Source: Hyphomicrobiales bacterium
GTDB taxonomy: Bacteria; Pseudomonadota; Alphaproteobacteria; Rhizobiales; Rhodomicrobiaceae
Direction of reading: 5' to 3'
NCBI GenBank assembly: GCA_033764775.1
Contig: JANRIQ010000030.1
Coordinates: forward strand, 109,701-141,700
Length of the DNA: 32,000 bases
Under the pieces are notes generated by a model, which made no database searches, was not told the DNA's origin, and worked only from the letters and a program-made list of their open reading frames with translations. Of this stretch, positions 25,818 to 32,000 are shown piece by piece; the stretch's first letter is position 1, and each line of letters opens with the position of its first letter. The position numbers were made by a program, and so were the translations under genes.

Positions 25818-26158
25818 CTCGGGCGCGGCGTGGCGAATAGTGAGGGATACCACCGGCTCGATGCCTGCCGCGCCGAATAGGCAAAGACAATCGCACGCCG
25901 TTCGGCTAAGAGTGGCAGCGGAGCAGACGCGCTGCTCTGGGGCGTCGAAACCCCTGACTAGTGGTTGTTGCCGGCCGAAACGGCAACGCACTCCTTGACC
26001 TATGGTCGGGGAGCCTGTGGCGTATACAACAGGCTTTCCGAGCTAAAGGCCATGGGGCCGTCTAGTCACGGTTTCGAACTCCCCGATCACCAAGAGTCAG
26101 AGAGAATCGTTTGCGGGGGCGCACCGCAAGCAAACTTTCTCGGATGTGGGGAAAGACT

Positions 26159-26446
26159 ATGCGGGTTCCCGTCGAACTCGATCCCGATGTGGACGACGAA
26201 GCGCCAACCGGCGACGGCATCACTGTCTATGACGAACGGCATTTCGTGACCTATCTGCGTTTGCTGGATGCAAAGGCCGAGGGCGCGGACTGGAAGGAAG
26301 TCGCGCAGATCGTGCTGCACCGTGATCCGGCCGCCGAGGAAATGCGGACCTATCGTTGCTGGCAAAGCCATCTCGAACGCGCGCAATGGCTTTCGCGCAA
26401 GGGTTATCGAAAGATTCTGGAGCAGACCGCCGCCAATAAGGCGTGA
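26159..26446 (+). CDS. single-domain DUF2285 protein (QseM-like antiactivator candidate)
   Basis: 95 aa from ATG 26159, with GGGGA upstream (alternative ATG 26144). It is internally homologous to the C-terminus of the adjacent FseA-like protein: YLRLLDAKAEGADWKEVAQIVL vs SMRALDARLRGESYRTIAEVLL, and RKGYRKIL vs RGGYRLLL. Confidence 0.65.
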   Translation: MRVPVELDPDVDDEAPTGDGITVYDERHFVTYLRLLDAKAEGADWKEVAQIVLHRDPAAEEMRTYRCWQSHLERAQWLSRKGYRKILEQTAANKA

Positions 26447-26462
26447 GACAATCGCCCCTCGG

Positions 26463-27092
26463 TCAACGCTTGTCGGGCTTGATCGGATAGTGGAGCAACA
26501 GGCGATAGCCTCCGCGCATCATCTTGATACCGTGCGCGACCAGGCGGCGGGCCTTGTTCTTACGCGGGTCGCCCTCAAAGTCCTCTTTGGTGCCGCGAAA
26601 GCCTAGTAGGACTTCGGCGATGGTGCGGTAACTTTCGCCGCGCAGCCGAGCGTCGAGCGCGCGCATGGACAGGATAAGCCATTGCCGGAGCTGGGCGGGA
26701 ACGGCTCGGAAGTCGGGGCCGGGCACGCGGCCGTTGAGAGACCGCCATAAACGGCGGGCGGCATGGGCGCGTAGCTCCAGAAAGGAATCCATCGGCAGGG
26801 TGACGGCATAGAACGTGGCTGCGTCGGGCACCGCCTCGGGCAGCCAGAATTGGTGCGCAACGCCATCCACCTGCCAGATGCCGTGCCAACCATCGGACGC
26901 GCGGCGCATGTCGAGGCCGTCAAGATGCGCAAGCGTCAATGTCGGTTCGGTGTCGTCGTCCTTATGATCGACCGGCGACAGCATCACGGCTTGCGGTTGA
27001 AGGCTCGGACTCCAGATCGGCGATTCCCGGTCATGCGGCGCGTCGGGATCGCACGGGAAATCGTAAACCCCAACGATCCGCGAACGCTTCAA
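26463..27092 (-). CDS. FseA-like activator, DUF2285 portion (+1 frame, no own ATG/SD)
   Basis: The frame is open from 27116 to the stop at 26463. The DUF2285-like C-terminus is ...RTIAEVLLGFRGTKEDFEGDPRKNKARRLVAHGIKMMRGGYRLLL. The track start at 27092 is a TTG inside the upstream ORF. Confidence 0.7.
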   Translation of the reverse strand: MKRSRIVGVYDFPCDPDAPHDRESPIWSPSLQPQAVMLSPVDHKDDDTEPTLTLAHLDGLDMRRASDGWHGIWQVDGVAHQFWLPEAVPDAATFYAVTLPMDSFLELRAHAARRLWRSLNGRVPGPDFRAVPAQLRQWLILSMRALDARLRGESYRTIAEVLLGFRGTKEDFEGDPRKNKARRLVAHGIKMMRGGYRLLLHYPIKPDKR

Positions 27093-27246
27093 GCGCGCGG
27101 CCGGTCGGCTGTCGATTCAGCGCCATGGTCTGGAAATCCTGACGATAATCGTCATTCCGACGCAGGTATTCCCATGCGAAGCCGGCGGCCGGAATGTTCT
27201 TCGCGTGCCTGTATGCCGCCGGCAAACGCCAGTCGATGCTAAGCAT
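27031..27246 (-). CDS. FseA-like activator, N-terminal DUF6499-like portion (0 frame)
   Basis: ATG 27246 lies 7 nt after GGAGG. The sequence MLSIDWRLPAAYRHAKNIPAAGFAWEYLRRNDDYRQDF matches the DUF6499-type N-terminus. The TGA stop is at 27033-27031. Confidence 0.7.
   Translation of the reverse strand: MLSIDWRLPAAYRHAKNIPAAGFAWEYLRRNDDYRQDFQTMALNRQPTGRALEAFADRWGLRFPVRSRRAA
27054..27060 (-). other. candidate +1 frameshift heptamer T-TTC-CCG
   Basis: The 0-frame reads CGA TTT CCC GTG. The +1 frame reads TTC CCG TGC. Either a Phe or a Pro slip gives ...WGLRF-PCDPD... Confidence 0.4.
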
Positions 27247-27263
27247 GGCGTCACCTCCCAAAG

Positions 27264-27289
27264 CCGGGGCGTGTAAGGCAACGCCCCGG
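27264..27289 (-). other. GC-rich hairpin abutting the fseA-like ribosome-binding site
   Basis: On the minus strand, CCGGGGCG-N10-CGCCCCGG is followed by CTTTGGGAGGTGACGCC-ATG. Confidence 0.4.
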
Positions 27290-27444
27290 ACAAGAGAGAT
27301 TCAAAGATTGCTGGAAATATAGAAGCCGCCCAAAGCAGATACGTTGAGCGGCTAACCCGATCATTTTTGGTTTTTTTATTCTTAACACTGTCGTTCAGGT
27401 CTGACTAGTCGTTCGCCCGCGTGTGCGGGCAAACCGACCTAGCT

Positions 27445-27974
27445 TCATCTGCTAGAAAACACATGAACCTCATCATGTGCGGTCTCGATGGTGAAAAGGT
27501 CGCCGCCCATCTCGGCGTCGCGCGCCATCGCTTGCCAATCGACATAGTAGCGCAGCGCCTCGGGGATCGTGATGCTTTCGGCGGTCAGCTCCTCCATGTA
27601 ATCGGCAAGGCTGGCGAACTGACCATGGTAGCAGTCCTGCAAAGCAGACTCTGCTTGGTCCATGTCGCCGACAAACTGCTCCAGCAAGCCCGCGCCTAGC
27701 GCACCATGCTCGACGATGAAAACACACCCATCTGCGCCACGCTCTCAACGCTGTCATACTCCCCGATGGTGACGCCCTCGAAGCCCTCATAGTCATGGAT
27801 GGCGTATTCCTCAGCGTTCTCGATGGGGGACCGTGCGAGCATAGCCGCGATCTCGTTCCTGATCTCGTAGGCGTCCTGATCTGCGTCGATCCAAGCCCCA
27901 TGCAGATAGCCGTTATTGTAGGCGGCAAGGCAGGCAACATAGATACGGGGATTGCTGTCGGCTGCGCTGGTCAT
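27445..27974 (-). pseudogene. ardA: ardA antirestriction gene interrupted by a frameshift
   Basis: The N-terminal part is 27974-27696 (RIYVACLAAYNNGYLHGAWIDA...AIHDYEGF). The C-terminal part is 27687-27445 (...YYVDWQAMARDAEMGGDLFTIETAHDEVHVF). The downstream frame read upstream gives VFIVEHGALGAGLLEQF, continuous with the N-terminal part. The frames change at the T4 run (plus-strand A4 at 27719-27722). Confidence 0.7.
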
Positions 27975-28344
27975 GTCTCTGTTCCTTCGGGTTTGGGGGT
28001 CAGAGCAGCGAAGCGCCGCTCCTGAACCCTTGCCCGTCGGCGAGACCGGGGTAGTAAGGTGCCAGACAACTCTTTGGCACCGTGGAATAAATGGAGGGGA
28101 CCCGCTTGCGGGGAGCGGGCCGTTTATGCCGCGAAAGGCCGGAGAGTTTTCTTGCGCCGCGCGAGGGCAGCGCCCTTAGCAATTCCTCGAACAAGAAAAT
28201 CAGCAGGCCGGGCTGCCGTGCATCCAATTCTCAATGTTTCCGGACGGTAAGGGTCGCGCTACGCGGCGACAGCCGCGCCGGCCCGGAGGCGAACGCGCTT
28301 CCAAATTGCGCCGTAGAGAGCCGGAGGGCCGCTATGAGAAAAGT

Positions 28345-28363
28345 CCCGGCGCGTTGCGCCGGG
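28345..28363 (-). terminator. rho-independent terminator after the 141-aa membrane protein gene
   Basis: CCCGGCGC-GTT-GCGCCGGG forms an 8-bp GC stem starting 13 nt past the stop. On the minus strand it is followed by ACTTTTCTC. Confidence 0.6.
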
Positions 28364-28376
28364 TCCGTCTTTCATA

Positions 28377-28802
28377 TCAACGAGCGGGCGCGGGACTGGC
28401 GGGCAATGGTGCGGCCAGTCGCATCAAAGCCGACACGCCAACGAAGCCGCCGCCGACCAAACAGAAGATTTGCCGCCAGATTTCAGAGGGCACCGCTTCT
28501 TTGGTGATGCCATAGACCAGCGCATAGCCTGCCACGGCGGCAGGTGCGGCAAAGACCAGCGCCACGACCAAGCGCAGGATGGGAATGCGCAAAGTCTCGA
28601 ACAGCAGAGCGAGGATGCCAAACGCCACGCCAGCGGCAACGAGGCCGACCAGCCCGGCACCTATCAGGCCGGAGCCGGTCTGGTAGGCAAATTGCGCAGC
28701 AGTCAATCCAAGCATGAAGGGCAGAGCATAGACTGCGAGCTTGTAAGCCGCGACGCAAAGGACGGCGATCAGCACCACGCTCATCAACATCACGGCTACC
28801 AT
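28377..28802 (-). CDS. hypothetical membrane protein (about 4 TM helices)
   Basis: 141 aa and uniformly hydrophobic (MVAVMLMSVVLIAVLCVAAYKLAVYALPFMLGL...). It has its own terminator. No family was recognised. Confidence 0.6.
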   Translation of the reverse strand: MVAVMLMSVVLIAVLCVAAYKLAVYALPFMLGLTAAQFAYQTGSGLIGAGLVGLVAAGVAFGILALLFETLRIPILRLVVALVFAAPAAVAGYALVYGITKEAVPSEIWRQIFCLVGGGFVGVSALMRLAAPLPASPAPAR

Positions 28803-29058
28803 GCTTCTGCTCCTTCACGCTGCGCGCGGATTGTCGTTGCATCGCTCCTGCGGTTGGGCACGGACAACATAATGCCAATCCGTGCCCCTTCTGTCGACCA
28901 TCGGCGGCTTTCAGTTCTCATTTTGGAGGGCTATAGCGTAGGTGTAGTTCTCTGTTTCTTCGGCTTCGGCCCGCCAACCATAACGCCGCCCGCCACCCCG
29001 CAAACGCAGCCTTAGCGGAGCTATTGGCCATTCGTGTTTTGAGTGATAGCGTAAGGTC

Positions 29059-29637
29059 ATGAAAACCGCGAACCTGCGCCACATGACCGTCGATGAGTTT
29101 CTTGAGTGGAGCGAACGCCAGCAAAGCGGACGCTACGAGCTTGAGCACGGCCAAGTTGTGACGATGCAGGCCGAGCGCATCGAGCATACGGAGGCGAAGC
29201 TTGAAACGGTGATCGCGCTTCGCGAAGCGATCAAAAAAGCCGGCCTGCCGTGCAGCGCCGTGACGGACGGCGCGACCGTGCGCATATCCAAAACCACGGC
29301 TTACGAGCCTGACGCCTTGGTCTATTGCGGCGAAAAAGCGCCGCGCGGCTCGCTGGAAATTCCGAACCCGGTCGTTGTTGTTGAGGTGCTGTCGCCGGGC
29401 ACCGCCATGCGCGACGCGCAAGCCAAGCTGCAGGGCTACTTCAGCGTCGCGAGCGTGGAGCATTACCTCATCTTGAACCCGGAGACGCGGATGGTGACCC
29501 ATCACGCCCGCGCGGAGGGCGACGCCGTGCGCACGCGCATCGTGTCCGACGGCGCGCTGATGCTCAATCCGCCCGGCCTTGACGTGTCGGTGGAAGCGAT
29601 GTTCCCCGTCGAAGTTAGCGTGGAACAGACAATTTAA
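29059..29637 (+). CDS. Uma2-family (DUF820) endonuclease
   Basis: 192 aa with MTVDEFLEW...YELEHGQVV...EPDALVY...PVVVVEVLSPGT...KLQGYFSVASVEHYLILNPE, the typical Uma2 motif order. Confidence 0.85.
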   Translation: MKTANLRHMTVDEFLEWSERQQSGRYELEHGQVVTMQAERIEHTEAKLETVIALREAIKKAGLPCSAVTDGATVRISKTTAYEPDALVYCGEKAPRGSLEIPNPVVVVEVLSPGTAMRDAQAKLQGYFSVASVEHYLILNPETRMVTHHARAEGDAVRTRIVSDGALMLNPPGLDVSVEAMFPVEVSVEQTI

Positions 29638-29843
29638 TTTATTAAAAAACAGATCTCGTTCTTATGTGGCCAACACTCAAAAACAGATCGTCCCTTTTGT
29701 AACACATACCTCACTTCACCGCTGAAAATGTAAGCAGCTTTAATTTCATATCCTTCCGCTAAAAGAGAGGATAACTTCCTGTCGGTGGCGAAACTTGGCG
29801 TACTGGCCAGCAACGCAGCAATAGCTATAGATAAGCGTATCAC
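29634..29843 (-). CDS. small low-GC secreted ORF translationally coupled to the nuoD stop (hypothetical)
   Basis: GTG 29843 overlaps the nuoD TGA (GTGA). The 69-aa product has the signal peptide (M)[18 protein letters not shown] and two Cys. GC is far below its neighbours by eye. This is the 3' end of an otherwise spurious 362-aa track ORF. Confidence 0.4.
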   Translation of the reverse strand: MIRLSIAIAALLASTPSFATDRKLSSLLAEGYEIKAAYIFSGEVRYVLQKGRSVFECWPHKNEICFLIN

Positions 29844-31084
29844 CTGTCGATCTCGCCGAACACGATGTCGAGCGAGCCGAGCACGGCCGACACGTCCGCC
29901 AGCATGTGGCCCTTGCACAGGAAGTCCATGGCGGCGAGATGCGGGAAGCCGGGCGCGCGCACCTTGCACCGATACGGCTTGTTGGTGCCGTCGGCGATGA
30001 GATCCACGCCGAACTCCCCCTTCGGCGCCCCGACCGCCGCATAGACCTCGCCGGCCTCCACCCGGAAACCTTCCGTGTAAAGCTTGAAGTGGTGGATGAC
30101 CGCCTCCATCGAGCGCTTCATGGCGTCCCGGCGCGGCGGCGCGATCTTGTTGTCGGTGGTCAGGACTGGCCCGCCGCCGTTCGGCCCCATGAGCTTGTCG
30201 ATGCACTGCTCCATGATGCTGACGGATTGGCGCATCTCCTCCATGCGGATGAGGTAGCGGTCGAAACAGTCGCCGTTCTTGCCGATGGGGATGTCGAACT
30301 CCATCTCGTCGTAGCACTCGTAGGGCTGGCTCTTGCGCAAGTCCCACGCCGCGCCCGACCCGCGCAGCATCACGCCGGTGAAGCCGTATGCCAGCGCGTC
30401 CTCCAAGCTGACCACGGCGATGTCGACATTGCGCTGCTTGAAGATGCGGTTGTCGGTCAAGAGGCTGTCGATGTCGGCCAGCGTTTTGCGGAACGGGTCG
30501 CACCAGGCGGAGATGTCCTCGATGAGCTGCGGCGGCAAATCCTGGTGCACGCCGCCGGGGCGGAAATAGTTGGCGTGCAGGCGCGAACCGGACGCGCGCT
30601 CGTAAAACACCATCAGCTTTTCGCGCTCCTCGAAGCCCCACAGCGGGGGGGTTAGCGCGCCTACGTCCAGCGCCTGGGTGGTGACATTCAGGAGGTGCGA
30701 AAGGATGCGGCCGATCTCGCAATAGAGCACACGGATGAGCTGGCCGCGCCGCGGAACCTCAAGTCCGAGCAGCTTCTCGATGGCGAGGCAGAACGCGTGC
30801 TCCTGGTTCATCGGCGCGACATAATCGAGCCGGTCGAAATACGGGATCGCCTGCAGATAGGTCTTGTGCTCGATCAGCTTTTCCGTGCCGCGATGCAGCA
30901 GCCCGATATGCGGATCGACGCGCTCGACCACCTCGCCGTCCAGCTCCAGCACAAGGCGCAGCACGCCGTGGGCCGCCGGATGCTGCGGGCCGAAGTTGAT
31001 GGTGAAATTGCGCAACTCGGCTTCGGGCGTTTTGCCCTGCTCCGCCGCCGCTACAGTCTGCGCTGCCGCTCCGCCGTCCGCCAT
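29840..31084 (-). CDS. nuoD: NADH-quinone oxidoreductase subunit D
   Basis: 414 aa with [29 protein letters not shown] and C-terminal [11 protein letters not shown], unmistakably NuoD. Confidence 0.95.
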   Translation of the reverse strand: MADGGAAAQTVAAAEQGKTPEAELRNFTINFGPQHPAAHGVLRLVLELDGEVVERVDPHIGLLHRGTEKLIEHKTYLQAIPYFDRLDYVAPMNQEHAFCLAIEKLLGLEVPRRGQLIRVLYCEIGRILSHLLNVTTQALDVGALTPPLWGFEEREKLMVFYERASGSRLHANYFRPGGVHQDLPPQLIEDISAWCDPFRKTLADIDSLLTDNRIFKQRNVDIAVVSLEDALAYGFTGVMLRGSGAAWDLRKSQPYECYDEMEFDIPIGKNGDCFDRYLIRMEEMRQSVSIMEQCIDKLMGPNGGGPVLTTDNKIAPPRRDAMKRSMEAVIHHFKLYTEGFRVEAGEVYAAVGAPKGEFGVDLIADGTNKPYRCKVRAPGFPHLAAMDFLCKGHMLADVSAVLGSLDIVFGEIDR

Positions 31085-31105
31085 GCTTGTCCCGCCATAA
31101 AGTAA

Positions 31106-31127
31106 GCGCCGCCTTATAGAGCGGCGC
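31106..31127 (-). terminator. terminator-like hairpin between the upstream small ORF and nuoD
   Basis: GCGCCGC-N8-GCGGCGC, followed on the minus strand by TTACTTTAT. It may be an attenuator within the operon. Confidence 0.3.
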
Positions 31128-31135
31128 CGTTGGTT

Positions 31136-31576
31136 CTACAGATTGTCGCCGAGCCAGGTGCTCGCGTAATCGCTGTCGTTGGACGACTTGAAATCCACCT
31201 CGTAAACGAGAACGCCGTCCGCGCCGAGGGTGAGCTTGCGTTCGGCCCCCTGCTTGCACACGAAGCCTTTGATCTTTTCGGCGATGATTTTCTTCGCAGT
31301 CTCTTTTTCGCACAGATTGCGAATGGCCGCGAGGGGGGCGCCGCAAAAACCCTCGATCGAGAATTTCTCCGCCTCTTTCATGTTGAAGGTCGGCCAGTCG
31401 AATGTCGGCTTCAGGCCGAGGCCGCAGCGCTCGTTCACACTCCTTGTATGATCTGACTCAAATCGCTTTTCGACCTTTTCGTATGTCAGCTTGTCCTTCA
31501 GCGACTGAGCTTGGGCGACGCCAACGCAAAGCGCCGCATGGCAAACAATCAATAAAGCTTTGGCAAGGTTTCCCAT
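31136..31576 (-). CDS. hypothetical secreted Cys-containing protein
   Basis: ATG 31576, with GGAGA upstream, gives the signal peptide MGNLAKALLIVCHAALCVGVAQA. GC appears lower than nuoD by eye. No family was recognised. Confidence 0.55.
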   Translation of the reverse strand: MGNLAKALLIVCHAALCVGVAQAQSLKDKLTYEKVEKRFESDHTRSVNERCGLGLKPTFDWPTFNMKEAEKFSIEGFCGAPLAAIRNLCEKETAKKIIAEKIKGFVCKQGAERKLTLGADGVLVYEVDFKSSNDSDYASTWLGDNL

Positions 31577-31672
31577 AAAATTCTCCGCGCGGATCGTATT
31601 TACCGCGCTTGAGTAATTCGGATTTTTGACATGATCCACACAAGGTATCGCCGGCGAGGCGTCATATAACCA

Positions 31673-32000
31673 TTACATTTGCGGGGTTTTCTTCGCGACG
31701 CGCGCGTTGAAGCGATCCCACGCGACGACGAAGCGCTGATGCCGCCCCTCGCCGATCAGGTCGACGCCGTCATGCGCGCGCACCTTGAACCAGAGCTTCT
31801 GCCCCTCGACGCTTTCCAACTCCGCATCGACCGTCACCGTCAGACCGACGGGCGTCGCTGCGACGTGGCTCACATCCACATGCGTCCCCAAGCTGCCCTC
31901 GCCCTCGTCAAGGTGCGGCGCCATCAGCTGAACGCACGTCCACTCCATCAGCGCGACCATGAAGCCAGTGGCGAAGACGGCGGGCATTCCCGCCATCTCC
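31673..32000 (-). CDS. hotdog-fold thioesterase (5' end probably outside window)
   Basis: The stretch ...PAVFATGFMVALMEWTCVQLM...GTHVDVSHVAATPVGLTVTV...GEGRHQRFVV matches the thioesterase superfamily pattern, which normally has ~25-30 further N-terminal residues. Confidence 0.7.
   Translation of the reverse strand, partial: EMAGMPAVFATGFMVALMEWTCVQLMAPHLDEGEGSLGTHVDVSHVAATPVGLTVTVDAELESVEGQKLWFKVRAHDGVDLIGEGRHQRFVVAWDRFNARVAKKTPQM

Larger units (their letters stand above)
3101..27974. mobile_element. Integrative conjugative element (Trb/P-type T4SS, ICEMlSymR7A-like backbone, serine integrase); minimum extent, right boundary undefined
   Basis: The span is a contiguous set of recombinase, full trb set, traG, relaxase, excisionase-like HTH, TraF peptidase, lytic transglycosylase, DUF2285 regulators and ardA. 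It is bounded by tRNA-Ser on the left and core respiratory genes on the right. Confidence 0.85.

Noticed and set aside
26051-26098. tRNA-like 3' fragment (GGTTTCGAACTCCCCGATCACCA), considered as a possible att-site remnant of tRNA-Ser.
   Set aside because: No T-stem pairing or acceptor complementarity can be drawn, and identity to 3130-3157 is only patchy. It lies in the middle of the ICE, not at a boundary.
27414-27430. Hairpin GCCCGC-GTGT-GCGGGC after ardA, considered as an intrinsic terminator.
   Set aside because: No U-tract follows on either strand, so I cannot support a terminator call.
29844-30722. Upstream part of the 362-aa track ORF 29634..30722.
   Set aside because: It is an alternate frame of nuoD with Arg/Gly/His-rich junk. 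Only the last 70 codons downstream of the nuoD stop have protein-like composition with a signal peptide.

Overview
This is a high-GC alphaproteobacterial (Rhizobiales-like) chromosomal segment carrying a ~25-kb integrative conjugative element (ICE). The left flank holds a polyferredoxin-like Fe-S protein (5' partial), a WD40/cytochrome c fusion and tRNA-Ser(GCU). The right flank holds a small membrane protein, a Uma2-family endonuclease, nuoD with two unrelated small secreted ORFs, and a hotdog thioesterase (partial). All recognised ICE backbone genes are on the minus strand except the plus-strand QseM-like gene. In coordinate order they are:
- a 4-gene operon ending in a large serine recombinase whose last 57 nt overlap tRNA-Ser
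- DUF2274
- a complete P-type Trb T4SS (trbI-G-F-L-K(alt)-J-E-D-C-B)
- an RHH protein and traG
- a LysR / BASS-transporter / ArsR cargo
- a DUF3363-type relaxase with a candidate oriT
- an rdfS-like operon (excisionase HTH, DUF2840, TraF peptidase, DUF736, lytic transglycosylase)
- a QseM-like/FseA-like DUF2285 switch
- a frameshifted ardA
The backbone resembles the Mesorhizobium ICEMlSymR7A transfer/regulation core, but it has a serine rather than tyrosine integrase and no quorum-sensing genes in view. The most interesting observations are:
- (i) The FseA-like activator is split over two ORFs in a +1 arrangement, with a TTTCCCG slip candidate.
- (ii) A ~70-nt nested-hairpin element sits upstream of the rdfS-like operon, is duplicated upstream of the recombinase operon, and recurs in inverted, expanded form upstream of the relaxase.
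- (iii) An uncharacterised three-gene module is translationally coupled to the recombinase.
- (iv) A 22-nt box is shared upstream of traG and trbB.
All family names come from recognising sequence features by eye. No searches were run.
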